The notes beneath the pieces were generated by a model that saw only the letters and a list, made by a program, of their open reading frames with translations, had not been told where the DNA came from and searched no databases. Of a DNA stretch of 64,000 nucleotides, positions 39,411 to 53,400 are shown piece after piece; position 1 is the stretch's first letter, and the number at the start of each line of letters is the position of its first letter. Origin of the DNA: Lama guanicoe (Eukaryota); contig MU054145.1 of assembly GCA_013239625.1 (NCBI GenBank), positions 43,680 through 107,679 of the forward strand. The letters run 5' to 3'. The position numbers and the translations under genes are program-made.

Positions 39411-41054
39411 ATTTCCCTACAAAGTTTCTTACAAGTGTTAATATCCAGTATTGGCTAATGTTTGGTGACAGTTAGGCATTCTGATATACTGTTTGTAAAA
39501 ATGGAAATTAATATGCTTTCTGGAAGGGAAGTTAGATATATATATTAATTATTTTAAATGCTTATACTCCTTGACTCATTAAGTATGCTTCTAGGAAATT
39601 GAAAGTTGTTGTGGTATAATGTTAAATGGAAAATGTGCATATAAAATTGTCTATAGTATATAGTATAATATCAATTCATACATATCTATATATCACTATT
39701 TTGATCTATCTGTTATCAATCTATCTGTCTGTCTATGTCTTTACTTTTAGGACCAGGCAAAAAGGTCTGTGGATTGGTTCAAGTTTGAAAACTGGAAAGA
39801 CTTATGACTTAGATCAGCTTAAGTGGTTTTCATTTTAATTTGATTACTGAAACTGTTAATAATATGTGCAAATGATGCAGTAATTAAAGGACAGAAATGG
39901 AAGAGTGACTCAGTTGCCTGATGTCTCCCTAGCAACTAATTGAACTGTGTACAAAATTCGGAGATGGAAGAAAAAATGCAGGGGCTGTCTTTCATAAAAA
40001 TGAGGAGAAAGAAAGATACGTCTGAATATTTAATGGTTTAACTATTTGCAAATAAGGCAAATCATGACTTAGTCCACAGTCACATGTATCTATTTTCTCT
40101 TTCTTATTGCAGCCTTGTGTTTACAGCATGCCTGGCCAATGGCCTATCATAATTACTTCAGAAGCATTAAAAAATTGTGTTAGAAAAAATGTTTTCAATG
40201 CTAAATACAGTTTTTTTTAACATCATAGTAAGAAGCAAGCCTCTGTCATATAATATTTTAACCAAAGAGTATGAATAGTCTTCTCACTCAGCATTCTACC
40301 CAAGTATAGAAAATATATTGATATTCTAACCTAGATAATAGTATAACCTCAGGATAGTGAATGAAAAGGGGTCTTTTTAAGTTGAATTACATCTTTTCTA
40401 CCTCAAAGGAAAATCAAAGCGTCTGTAATTTCACTTGTTTTGTTCTTCCCTTTAGAAGCATCCGTGGTATGTCATCACGTAATAGGAAAATCTCACCAGT
40501 AGCATCATGAATAATGGATCTTCTAATGCAGTCATTCTATTTTTCTTTTTTCAAAGTCTGTTGAATGGAAAAATAAATGAAAGAACATGTCTAGAGTATT
40601 TTATTTTTCACTTTGCTAAGAATAATTTGGTATTTTAACTCCTGGAAAGAAAAGAGAGATTCTATAGATTCCTGCCAAATTTCTAGACCTTTCTAGTAAT
40701 AGAGATGAAGATGGTTTTGTGGAGGACTTTTTAAAAAAATTTTTTATTGATTTATAATCATTTTACAATGTTGTGTCAAATTCCAGTGCAGAGCACAATT
40801 TTTCAGTCATACATGAACATATATATATTCATTGAGACATTTTTTTCTCTGTGAGCTACCATAAAATCTTGTGTATATTTCCCTTTGCTATACAGTATAA
40901 TCTTGTTTATCTACTCTACAATTTTGAAATCCCATCTATCCCTTCCCATCCTCTGCCCCCTTGGCAACCACAAGTTTGTATTCTATGTCTATGAGTCTAT
41001 TTCTGTTTTGTATTTATGCTTTGTTTTTATTGGTTTTGTTTTTTGTTTTTTTTA

Positions 41055-41834
41055 TTAGATTCCACATATGAGCGATCTCATATGGTATTTTTCTTTCTCT
41101 TTCTGGCTTACTTCACTTAGAATGACATTCTCCAGGTGCATCCATGTTGCTGCAAATGGCGTTATGTTGTCAGTTTTTATGGCTGAGTAGTATTCCATTG
41201 TATAAATATACCACCTCTTCTTTATCCAGTCATCCGTTGATGGACATTTAGGCTGTTTCCATGTTTTGGCTATTGTAAATAGTGCTGCTATGAACATTGG
41301 GGTGCAGGTGTCATCCTGAAGTAGGGTTCCTTCTGGATATATGCCCAGGAGTGGGATTCCTGGGTCATATGGTAAGTCTATTCCCAGTCGTCTGAGAAAT
41401 CTCCATACTGTTTTCCACAGTGGTTGCACCAAACTGCATTCCCACCAGCAGTGTAGGAGGGTTCCCCTTTCTCCACAGCCTCTCCAGCATTTGTCATTTG
41501 TGGATTTTTGAATGATGGCCATTCTGACTGGTGTGAGGTGATACCTCATTGTAGTTTTGATTTGCATTTCTCTGATAATTAGTGATATGGAGCATTTTTT
41601 CATGTGCCTATTGATCATTTGTATTTCTTCCTTGGAGAATTGCTTGTTTAGGTCTTTTGCCCATTTTTGGATTGGGTTGTTTGGTTGTTTCTTAATGAGT
41701 CGTATGAATTGCTTACATATTCTGGAGATCAAGCCTTTCTCGGTTTCATTTGCAAAAATTTTCTCCCATTCCATAGCTTGTCTTTTTGTTTTACTTATGG
41801 TTTCCTTTGCTGTGCAGAAGCTTGTAAGTTTCAT
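41055..41834 (-). pseudogene. L1 ORF2p C-terminal (cysteine-rich) fragment
   Basis: [18 protein letters not shown] motif and MEYYSAIK in the ORF track. Confidence 0.95.
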
Positions 41835-42017
41835 TAGGTCCCATTTGTTTATTCTTGCTTTTATTTCTATTGCTTGAGTAGACTGTTCTAGGAGAACATT
41901 TTTGAGATGTATGTCAGATAATGTTTTACCTATATTTTCTTCAAGGAGGTTTATTGTATCTTGTCTTATGTAAGTCTTTGATCCATTTTGAGTTGATTTT
42001 TGTGTATGGTGTAAGGG

Positions 42018-42974
42018 ACATAATAAAAGCTATATATGACAAACCTACAGCCAGCATAGTACTCAATGGTGAAAAACTCAAAAGCTTCCCACTAAAATCT
42101 GGGACAAGACAAGGATGCCCACTATCACCACTCTTATTCAACATAGTCTTGGAAGTCCTAGCCACAGCAATCAGGCAAGAGAGAGAAATAAAAGGGATCC
42201 AAATTGGAAAAGAAGAGGTAAAAGTGTCACTATATGCCAACGACATGTTACTATATATAGAAAACCCTAAAAGGTCCACACAAAAACTGCTAGAGCTGAT
42301 CGAAGAATTCAGCAAGGTAGCAGGGTACAAGATTAACGTTTAAAAATCGGTCACATTTCTTTACACTAATGATGAATCAACAGAAAAAGAGAGTAAATAA
42401 ACAATCCCCTTTAAAAGAGCACCCAAAATAGTAAAATACCTAGGAATATATCTAACCAAGGAGGTGAAAGCATTATACACAGAAAACTATAAACCATTGA
42501 TGAAGGAAATTAAAGAAGACTTTAAAAAATGGAAAGATATCCCATGCTCTTGGATTGGAAGAATCAATATTGTTAAAATGGTCACACTGCCCAAGGCGAT
42601 CTACAGATTTAATGCAGTCCCTATGAAATTACCCAGGACATATTTCACAGAACTAGAACAAATCGTAATAAAATTTATATGGAACCATCAAAGACCTAGA
42701 ATTCCCAAAGCATTACTGAAGAGAAAGAAAGAAGCTGGAGGAATAACTCTCCCAGACTTCAGACAATACTATAGAGCTACAGTCATCAAGACAGAATGGT
42801 ATTGGTACAAAAACAGACATACAGACCAATGGAACAGAATAGAGAGCCCAGAAATGAACCCACAAACTTTTGGTCAACTCATCTTCGACAAAGGAGGCAA
42901 GAATATACAATGGAATAAAGACAGTCTCTTCAGCAAATGGTGTTGGGAAAACTGGACAGCAACATGTAAAGCAA
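42018..42974 (+). pseudogene. L1 ORF2p reverse transcriptase fragment with nonsense lesions
   Basis: [26 protein letters not shown] in place of the Y/FADD motif; stop at 42341-42343; continues [15 protein letters not shown]...WCWENW. Confidence 0.95.
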
Positions 42975-44339
42975 TGTGGAGGACTTTTTATTAGACATGG
43001 AGATAATAAAATTATACAGCCTAGTATAACTGTAGTAGATTCCAGTATTGTAAACATTTTGAACCATTTTTGATGAATTGCCTATATAATTAATTAAACT
43101 TTGTTCAGGTGAGCATGCTTCAACATACAGAAGTTACATATTTTGTTGTATATAAGTTGAAGACTGAACTTTTATGTAAGAATGAACATTGAAGAGTAAA
43201 ATTATTTCAACTTAACTCTTCCTATTTGAATCCCACTGAGAACATCAAAAAGAAAATAAAATAGAAAAGAAAACTCATTCTTCAATGACATAAACATGGA
43301 CAAATCCTAAATTGTCTAAATCATAAGTTTAAGAAAATGAATACAAAATACTGTGAGATTTGGCTGAAAAGGATGGTCACAAAATGATCTTCAAGAACTC
43401 AAGAGAGAAGAGGAAGAGGGAACTAAAATATGCTCCTTCAGAACTTAGGCAGTCAACAGATTTCCCTGAAAATAAGTGTCAGTATCCTTAAGAGTTTAGC
43501 TAATGATCCTTGATTAGAGTGCCCATATCTATGACTACACCAATCTCCTTAATCCAGCAAATTGAGAGGAGTAATTCCCCTAAGCAAAATATTTAAGGAG
43601 GTGCTAAGAGGTAGAAAGCATGATCATAGACCTTCATTGAAACTGCTGACTGCTCCCCTCATTCCCTTCATGCTTTCCAGAGTATTTTTCAGAAAATAGA
43701 TGACATATAAAACTTCCTTCTTTCAAAGATAACTAATAACCAAGGAGTAATCTCCATATGATTATCTACATATTTCAGTTAAAAGTAAGGAAAAGCAGGT
43801 ACGCAAAATATAGATGCCGACTATAAATTAGAAATGGAAATTTCCCAGAAAACAGGAAATTTTAGGACAAATAAATATCCATAGACTCAAGGAATTTCCT
43901 GGAGATATAATTTTGAAACAAGAACAATTTAAAAGAATTCAAAGAAGAGACAAAAGTTGAAAAAAGATAGTAGGACAACAGAAGGAGATGGAAAGTGAGC
44001 GAGCATAGCTCAAGGAAAAAAAAATAGAAAGGGATAATTAAACCATTAGAGCAAAGGAAATCACATTAAAAGCTATACTACAATTGTAAATACAATTGAG
44101 AACACAATTATGGTAATGAAATTTGGATATGTGAGAGTTGTCAAAGTTAGTTTAGGAAAGAAAAAGATGTTTGTGATTAAAAAGGAAAAAACATTGCTAT
44201 GAAAGACAAGCGGTAGAGATCCAACATATTCACAGTTGATTTTCCTAAAGGGAGTGCTGAATAAATGAAATAGACAAACCGTTGTAAGGTATTCTAGAAT
44301 GAAATTATCCTGACTTAGAGATTTCAATCTACAGATCTA

Positions 44340-44815
44340 TGGCTGCATCAGTATATATATGTTTTTAAAAAGGAAATACAAAACCTCAGTGGCATACAGG
44401 TGTTCAATTGCTCATGTACCTGAGTGGTCAGCTAGGCAGTTCTGCTGATATTGGTTAGGTTCACTCGTATTTCTGGATTTTGCCTGCTGTTGGTTGATAT
44501 AGGGTGTCCTTGACTGTGGCAAGTGAAGGACTTGGTTTTGCTCTGTGTCTCTCATCCTACGTGAGGGTTAGATGGCCATGTGCTTTTGGCTATGGCAGAG
44601 ATGCAAGAGAGAGAAGTTTCCAGAATGCACATTTCAAACCTCTGACTGCATCATGTCAGCTAATATCCCACTGGCCTAGGCAAGTCACATTTGAGACCAA
44701 GATCAAGGGTGGGACAGATCAACCTTCCCACATGTAATAACTTCATAGCTACATGGTGAAGGGTTTGCTTACAAGGAGGGGTGAAAAAACAGTGTCATCA
44801 CTGCATTCTACTATG
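44340..44815 (-). mobile_element. Old MaLR LTR remnant
   Basis: aaaacctcagtggc, gtcagctaggcagttctgctg, cagctaatatcccactggcc...gcaagtcacat. Confidence 0.55.
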
Positions 44816-44967
44816 TACTGTTTTTAAGGAAAATTGATGTATTTCAACATCAGGACATATCTGAGTGAAGTTATGGAATGTCAGTGATAAGAAATAATTA
44901 AGGCATCCAGAGATGATAATCAAGCCACTTACAATTGGTTCAGTATATCAGAGAATATGAAGTTCTG

Positions 44968-45270
44968 AGGTAGTAATTTCCAATAGAAATATAATGCAAG
45001 TCATGTAAGTTTTAATTTTCTAACAGCCACATTAAAAAAATAAAAAGTATCAGGTGACATTTATTTTAACAATGTACTTTATGTAAGCCGGTATATCTAA
45101 AATATCATTTCAATGTGAAATCAATACAAAGATTAATAATGAAATATTTTATACACTAAGTCTGAAATCTGCTGTGTATTTTACACTTATATCACATCTC
45201 AATTGATTTAGTCACATTTCACATGCTCAGTAACCACATACGGTTAGTGGCTACTCTATTGGAAGGCAGA
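44968..45270. mobile_element. hAT-Charlie MITE (MER33-like)
   Basis: tccaatagaaatataatgcaag...cacatttcacatgctcagtaaccacat...tagtggctact.tattgga. Confidence 0.8.
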
Positions 45271-45669
45271 AGACATTCTCAAATATGCAAGAGCTTACAA
45301 AATTTAGTGCCCATGGGCTTTAAAAAAAAACAAACCAAAACAGACAGAAAATATACTCTACTTGATGATGAAGTTTATCATGGCTTTTCCATTCCTTGCT
45401 TTCCATTCCTTCCTTCCAAGGAATGGAAAAACCATGATGAAAGGACTGGTGGCATGCACTGAATCCTTTTCATTTTTTGATAGAATTAGAACAGATCAAC
45501 CATGGAGATAGTGGTTGCTTGAAATGGCTATACAAATTATACAATCATTTTTATATTATCAAAGTTCATTACTAATGAAACTCAGGAATTGAGGGTAGGT
45601 ACTTTGGGAGAAATGTGGGCTAGTTTTTTATTTCCTAACAGGAAGTTAATAGACACTATGCCTAATAAA

Positions 45670-45900
45670 AGGCATATGTACCAGGCACTGTTCAAAGTAC
45701 TTGGTAGGAATGATCTCATGCAATCACCATAATAATGTTAGGAGACAGGTATTACTATTTTTCTAATTTTGAAGATAAGGAAACTGAAACACATATAGGT
45801 TGAGTAACTTGCCACCTTGGTAAGTGGTGGAACTAGGTTTCGGACCCAGAAAATCTGATTTTGAGTGTTCATGCTTTTAACCAATTTGCTGTGTTACCTA
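45670..45900. mobile_element. MIR SINE
   Basis: tgtaccaggcactgttc, gataaggaaactgaa, gagtaacttgcc, gtaagtggtggaactagg. Confidence 0.7.
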
Positions 45901-46888
45901 ATGTAGAAGAGTATAGTAAAAAATATATATATATCAAAAATGGCTCTTAATAATTTTTAATATTTAAAAAACTTCAGGGAACTCTTTTAACAACTAATAC
46001 CTCGTTATGATGAAACATTTATCTAAAGTGCAGTAATTCTTTAATTTTTTTCTTTACTCTTCTTCCTGCTAAAAATCAATGAATTAAAATTAAGCTGCCC
46101 ATAAGTATAAGACCTATTGACCTATCTTTCAAGTGCGAGGGTTTTTCCATCCTTGAAAATGATTATAGTGCACAAAAAAACGTTACTCATAAGTTCCATT
46201 AGCTATAAAAGTAATATTGAGTTTATTAAAGTCACAGACTCAAAAAGCCAGTTATTCTTTTAGATTTTCATTTAAGTTTTAAGTATCACTGTATTCATAT
46301 ATATAGCTAATTACAAAAATCAACTTTAAGAGAGCTTTTATAACTTAAATTTGCATAAATATTTTCAGTTATATAGCTTACTTTAATTACTCATATAACT
46401 AACTGGAACAGAATAGTCCCAGTAAACCTGAAAGTTTGGTGAGTCTTGAATTTTCTTAGCTAAACCCTACAAATATTTTTCAAGAACTTATTATTGAACA
46501 GGTTCTGTTCTTGGCAGTTAGATGGTAGCAGTAGGTGAAACATAAGGAAATCCCTGCCTTCATGGAATTTTCATTCTAAATGTTCCCATTTTGTATATAA
46601 GCTTAGAAAGATTTCATTTTAAATTCATAAATTTAAATCAATTGTTTAATTGCATATTTTAATTTAAAATGACAAGTTGACACATTTCTCCAATAGAGCA
46701 AACCCTCAAACGTATTAACTTTTAAAATACCAAAATATAAACAATTTTTAACAACAATTTTAATACTATAGGTTTGATTCTCTTAAAAACTTCTGCACTG
46801 AATTATAAATCTCAGGATTTTAAATATGCTCAATTACTAAAAAAGAATTTTGTTATCCTAAATGATTTTGGGAGATAATATCACAGAT

Positions 46889-47300
46889 TGTGGTGGTTAG
46901 TTTCATGTGTCGACTTGGCTAGGCTATGGTGCCAATTGTTTGGTTAAACACCAATCTAGATACTGCTGTAAAGGTATTTTTTTAGATGTGATTAACATTT
47001 AAATCAGTATATTTGAGTATATCATATTACACTCCATAATGTGAGCAGGCCTCATCCAATCAGCTGAAGGCCTGAAGAGCAAAGACTGATGTTCTCTGAA
47101 GAATAAGAAATTCTGCCTCAAGACTGCAACATAGGAATCCTGCCTGTATTTCCAGCTTGCTAGCCTGCTCTGAAGATTCTGGACTCAAGACTATAATATT
47201 AACTCTTACTTGAATCTCTAGCTTGCCAGCCTATCCCACAGGTTTAGGTCTTTTCAGCCTCCGCAGTCCTATAAGCTAATTCCTTAAAATAAATCATATA
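46889..47300 (+). mobile_element. ERVL LTR (MLT2-like)
   Basis: tgtggtggttagtttcatgtgtcgacttggctaggc, ggcctcatccaatcagctgaaggcct, ttccttaaaataaatc. Confidence 0.8.
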
Positions 47301-49444
47301 TGTACTTGAAAGGATGAATATGTTGCATGAATGCACAATTTAGATGTAATTTTTATTTGCTAGTCAATGAAAATTAGAAAAATAAAAATAGCTAGTCACC
47401 ATCTTAAGCACTTTACATGCTTTACCTAATTTGATCATCAGTCAAATTACTCCTCCTATAAATTTTAATAAGATTCAGGTTCTTCCATCATCAACATACT
47501 GCTCTCTACTTAGCCCAGGACATGATAGATCAATGCAATTATTAGCCACAGACATATGTCAAGATGCCATGAGTATTTTCACATGAACTAAATTGAATGG
47601 GATAGAAATCAATAACTGTGTCAAGGAAACCAGACTCAGACCTGAAATACAGCACATTTCAGTGGAAGGTGACAGGTAAGGAGTGACAGAAAAAGAACAA
47701 CATATTGTGAACAAAGTGCATTCAACCACTAGGAATTGGATCCAGCAGCCAATATATTCAATAGTGAATATAATATGCTTGTACATTCCCCATTGTTACT
47801 TATCTTCATGTTCGCTTTAGAATATATGCACAACATTTGCCTCATAGATCACTGTATGTAAGAAGAGGCATCAAATCTGAAATTATAGAGTGGAAAAATA
47901 TTTTTTGCTTTCATTTTTGCTATTATCCTGCCACTTTGGAACCCACTAAAGAATTATTGCATTATCTCAGTGAAAATAACATAGTAATTTATTATGGAAA
48001 TGTAACTATTAAATGTAACTGATGTGCTATGAGTGTTAACCTAATTACTCAGCTAAACTTGTTGACTAAAACAGATTTTCTGGTAGTATATCTCAATCAA
48101 TGCATCAGTTGACCTTGTTCACGGTATGCTTTTTTCTTAGAAGTCACTTGTATTTGATCTTCTGATGGTGACTATATTTTTCATCCAAGATACTTGTGCA
48201 TTGCTTACTGAGGCTTTGCAAGCATCTTAGCTGTTCATCCTCTTCTACTGTTAAGAGTACCACCTAACTGGACTTCCTTGGCCATCTAAAGGCACCAAGT
48301 ATATCCATCTCTATCTTTAATCCCTGTCATCAAAATTAAGTTTGGTTTAGAGGGCAAGGTAGTCTCTATATTTGAACTCCTATAATAAGAGCTGGTAATC
48401 AGAATAATTAACACTTGATTAGGGACTATAGTTGTTTATGGTTGGAAAATATATCTGAGTACTTTACTATAGTCTTAAAGTTGAGAAGAACAATCCTGGA
48501 CTTAAATTTTTTTTCCCTTAGATACTGTGGTAGGATATCTTTGACATACTAAACAATGTATTTCTAACTCCTAGCTTTGGTACTACCATAGGTATAAAAG
48601 CACCAGTATGTAATGATATATGTAATGATGTAACACCAAAACAACCAACATCAAGAACTAGAAAGAAAGGGAAATGATTGAAGAGAAATATGGTTCATTC
48701 ATATAATGGAATATTATGCAAATATTAAAATACCAAGTTAAATTTATACCAACCAACTTGGAAGACTTTCCACAATGCAGTATTAAGTGAGAAAATGAGA
48801 TGCAGTGAAGTTTGGATGATTTATTTGCATAAGCCAAAGATTGAAATCCCATATGTATGAATATGCATGTATAGGTTTGTGTATAATTTTATGAAAATGG
48901 AGAAGAATATAGAAGAGTATATACCAGGCGATCAGCCTTGATTATCTAGGGTTAGGGTGGGATAATAAAGAAAGTTGGAGGAAAGTAGGAGGAGAAAAAG
49001 GGGAAAGGATAAAATGAAAACATTATTTACAGGCAGAACTTTGAATACATGGATAAGTATAAGGTGCACAACTCAGCAGTAAAAGAATAAGGAAAGAAGA
49101 CATCAACTATGTGGAACAAATATAGTGTGAGACACACAGAAGAGGATTTAGAATATTTAGAACTATTCCCTTAAACTCAGTGATTAATAATTATTACCTG
49201 TTCTCTAAGCAGAATGAATTGGGGACCGATGTCAAGACTTCTTATGAATGATTTATGCTTAGTTTTGTATATTATAAATTATATAAATTTCTCATTAGAA
49301 AAAATAATATGAGAAGAAAAAAATGACTTAGATTCATCCAAATTTGACTAGTTATTTTTCAGATATACTGATACTGTGATAGGAGTGTTAATGTTATTTT
49401 TTCATTTTGATGATATTGGATAGCACTAATGATTTTTTCACTTT

Positions 49445-49785
49445 TAAATATTTATTTTAAACTTTATATACATCAAAATTCACATATTTTATGTACAGTT
49501 TTAAGTATATAGATAAATGCATAGTTGTATAATCACCTCCATAATAAACATAAAGAACAGTTCTATCACTTCCCAAAAAAGTCCTCATAATGTTGCTTTG
49601 TCACACTTTTCCCTCCTATCTCCTGCTCATTGCCACTGATTCATTCTCACAGTTTTGCCTTTTAAAAGAACACTGTGTAAATGGAATCAAACAGTAGATA
49701 GTCTTTTGAGTCTGATTTTTTTCACTTGGTGAAGTGAATTTGAGATTCATCCAAATTGTGACATGTATTAATAATTTGCTGCATT
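49445..49785 (-). mobile_element. Old L1 3' UTR fragment
   Basis: aaagaacagttctatcac, taaatggaatca...gtcttttgagtctg, ttgagattcatcca. Confidence 0.6.
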
Positions 49786-52310
49786 AATGACTGTGATAAA
49801 ATATAAAGGAATTATTAGTTCAACAAATTGACTTTCCAAGGAAATTCTTTTTTTATATTGAAGTATAATTGATTTACAATGTTATATTAGTTTCAGGTGT
49901 ACAATATAGTGATTTGATACTTTTATAGATTATGCTTAATTGAAAATTGTTATAAAATATTGGCTCTATTCCCTATGCTATACATTGCATCCTTGTATCT
50001 TATTTATTTTATACCTAGTAGTTTGTACCTCTTAATCTCCTTTCCCTGTTTTGTCTATCCCTCGACCCCTCTCACCACTGGTAACCACTAGTTTGTCCTC
50101 TGTATCTATGAGTCTGTTTCTGTTTTGTAATATTTACTGATTCATTTTAATTTTTCAGATTTCACATATAAGTGAAAATATATAGTATTTGTTTTCTCTA
50201 TCTGACTCATTTCACTAAGCATAGTACCCTCTAGGTATATTCATGTTACAAATGGCAAAAATTCATTCTTTTAATGGCCAAGTAATATTCCATTGCACAT
50301 ATATACCATAGCTTCTTTATTCATACATCTGTTGATGGACATTTTGGTTGTTTCCATATCTTGACTGTTGTGAATAATGCAGCTATAAACATTGGGGTAT
50401 ACCTATCTTTTTGAATTAATGTTTTCATTTTCCTAAGGTACATACTAAGGAGTGGAATTGCTGGATTATATGGTAGTTCCATTTTTAATTTTTGGAGACC
50501 CTCCGACTGTTTTCCATAATAGTTGCACCAATTTACAATTCCCACTAACAGTTTACTTGAATTCCCTTTTCTCCATATTCTCACCAATATCGTTTGCTCT
50601 CTTTTTGACAATAGCCATTCTGACAAGTGTGAAGTGATAGCTCGTTGTGGATTTGATTAACATTTCCATGATGATTAGTGATGTTGAGCATCTTTTCATA
50701 AGCCTGTTGGCAATCTGTATGTCTTCTTTGGAAAAATGTCTATTCAGATCTTCTGCCCATTTTTATATTAGATTGTTCTCTTTTTTTGGATATTGAGTTG
50801 TATGAGCTTTTTTTTTTTAATATGTTGGATATTAACCCTTCATTAGACATATCATTTGAAAATGCCTATTCCTGTTCAGTAGGTTGTGTTTTTATTTTGT
50901 TAATAGTTTCCTTCACTGCACAAAAGGTTTTTAAGTTTGATATAGTCCTGCTTGTATATTTTTGCTTTTGTTTCCTTTTCCAGAGAAGATAGAACCTAAA
51001 AATACCACTAAGATTTATGTCAAAGAGTGTCTTCTAGAAGCTTATAGTTTTCTTCTGAGAGCTTTATGGTTTCAGATATTGCATTTAGGTCTTTAATGCA
51101 TTTTGAGTTTATTTTTGTATGTAGTGTAAGAAAATGTTCTAATTTCATTCCTTTCCATGTACCTATCCAGTTTTTCTGGCACCACTTATTTAAAAGACTG
51201 TCTTTTTCACATTGTATATTTTTGCCTCCTTTGTTGTAGGTTAATTGGCCATATGTGTGTGGATTGGATTTTGGACTCTATTCTGTTCTATTAATCTGTG
51301 TGTCTGTTTTTGTGCCAAGACTGTACTGTTTTGATTACTGTAGCTTTGTAGTATACTCTGAAGTTAGGGAGCATGACTCCTCAATCTCGTTTCTTCTTTC
51401 TCAAGATTGCTTTGGCTTGGGGATTTTTTTGTGTTTTCAGACAAATTTTAAAAATATTTGTTCTAATTCTGAGAAAAATGCCCTTGGTATTTTTCTAGGG
51501 ATTGCATTGAATTTGTAGATTGCCTTATTGATAGTATGGTCATTTTAACAATATTAATTTTTTCAATCTATGAACACAAGATACCTTCCAATTTATTTGT
51601 ATTGTCTTCAGTTTCCTTCATCAGTACTTTATAGTTTTCACAATAAAGGGCTTTCACCTCCTTGGATTACTTTATTTCTAGAATTTTATTTTATTTTTTG
51701 ATGTAATTGTAAATAGGATTGTTTTCTTGCCTTCTCTTTATGACAGTTCATTATTAGTGTATAGAAAGGCAACAGATTTCTGTATGTTAATCTTGTACCC
51801 TGCTACTGAATCCATTTATTAATTCTAATAGTTTTTTGGTGGAGATTTTAGGGTGTTATATATATAGTATCATATCATCTAGAAATAGTGATAATCTTAC
51901 TTCTTCCTTTCCAATTTGGAAGCCTTTTATTTCTAATTCTTTTCTGATTGTTGTGGCTGGGACTTTTAATACTATGTTAAATAGAAATGATGAAGAGTGA
52001 ATATCTTTGTCTTGTTCCTGATTTTATTTTATTTATTTATTTTATTTTTTTTAAGACCATCTACTCAAAGTTTATTGGACTGAACAAAGGCTGAATACAC
52101 AGATCCAAGCCATCGGGAATCCGTGAAGCTCAGTGTCTATAAGCCACGTTCAGAAAGTGTCCAGAAAAACTTAATAATGTGGAGGGAGTCACCCATTAAT
52201 CAGTCAGATCCAGGCCTGCTGCTGTTGCTGTGGGGGGGCAGGTGTGCTCACAGGAGCATGGCTTCCGTTCGTCCCGTGGTTCTAGGTGGCGGCTGCCTTG
52301 TTGCCTATTC

Positions 52311-52397
52311 TTTTTTGCTGTTAATGGAGGGACTGAGGATGAAACCCAGGACCTCGGGCACGCTAAGCACGACTCTACCACTGAGCTGTACCCTCCC
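52311..52397 (-). mobile_element. tRNA-derived SINE (Vic-1-like) within the retrocopy 3' UTR
   Basis: Minus strand gggagggtacagctcagtggtagag...gaggtcctgggtttcatcctcagtccctccattaa, homologous to 3113-3204. Confidence 0.85.
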
Positions 52398-53400
52398 ATC
52401 TGCCCTATTGCTTGTCTGTCCTAAACCCCTGAACCTAACCCAGAGGAGAAGGTCCCTGGGTATGTAATATGCCTGAGGGGGTGACACTGGACATCTCCTG
52501 GCCTTCCATTAAATAGAAAGAAAATCTTTTTCTATAAACTTACTGCTTAAAAAAAAGTTTTAAATGACATCTACCTAAAAACCGCAGATTAGTTTGGCAT
52601 AGTACAAATGTTGTCAAATACAGAATTCCAAGAAACCAATCTGGAACTGATCTGATCATCTGGTGAAGTTCTAACTCATCCAAGAAGCCTAGGAAAAGGC
52701 AGAGTCGAGACATCTATTTTAAGCGAACACCATTATTACTGCATCTGCCAAAGCAAAGGTAGAGATTCAGCTGAGCTGGTAAGAACATCAGTGAAAAGGC
52801 CTCTTAGTAATAAGAGGGCTGGACTGCAGCCTGCTCTAAATAGAGAGTAAGGCCAAGAGGCAGCGGGCAGCGGGTCCTGGTTCTTTGCTGCCCAGTCCTC
52901 AGTACAGGTCTCTCACCCCCAAAACTGAGCCGGGCAGGGGGCGGGCCCCCAGGGGAAGGAGAGCAGTGGACCACCCCGACCAGCCAGCACGCACAGGCCG
53001 CTCCCTCATTTGTGCATCACACCCCAAAGTCTTTCACGGTTTGGCTTTAGTGAAGAAAAGCAGGAGGGCTGGAATGAAACTACCAACTGTAAAATGATGG
53101 CATTGCTGAAATTGTTGATATCTCAGGTGCAGAGGGTGTGCAGACAGGAAGGTTGGGTCATAAGGGAAATAAAAGTCTAGGAAGACCCTTCAGCTTCACA
53201 AAGCGACCCACCCAAACAGGGAGGGACAGGCCCTCCCAGCCGAGGGAGCGTCCTGGCTGAGGGCCTAGGCCCGGCAGATTCACGTGGGCAAGAGGCACCC
53301 CAGAGAGCCTGTCAGCTCCTCTCAGGGCATTCCACTTTATCGCTCAAGTTTTAAGGTGCCAAAAGGAAAAGCCTTTAGGAGGAGGCTAAGGATAACTTCG

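Larger units (their letters stand above)
40734..42974 (-). mobile_element. Young 5'-truncated, 5'-inverted L1 with 16-bp TSD
   Basis: Minus 40734-42017 holds the 3' UTR and ORF2 C-terminus; plus 42018-42974 holds the ORF2 RT region; TSD tgtggaggacttttta at 40718-40733 and 42975-42990. Confidence 0.95.

Noticed and set aside
40080..40480. Plus-strand acceptor-like sites (ttcttattgcag, ttccctttag)
   Set aside because: No convincing downstream open exon; such motifs are frequent in T-rich DNA
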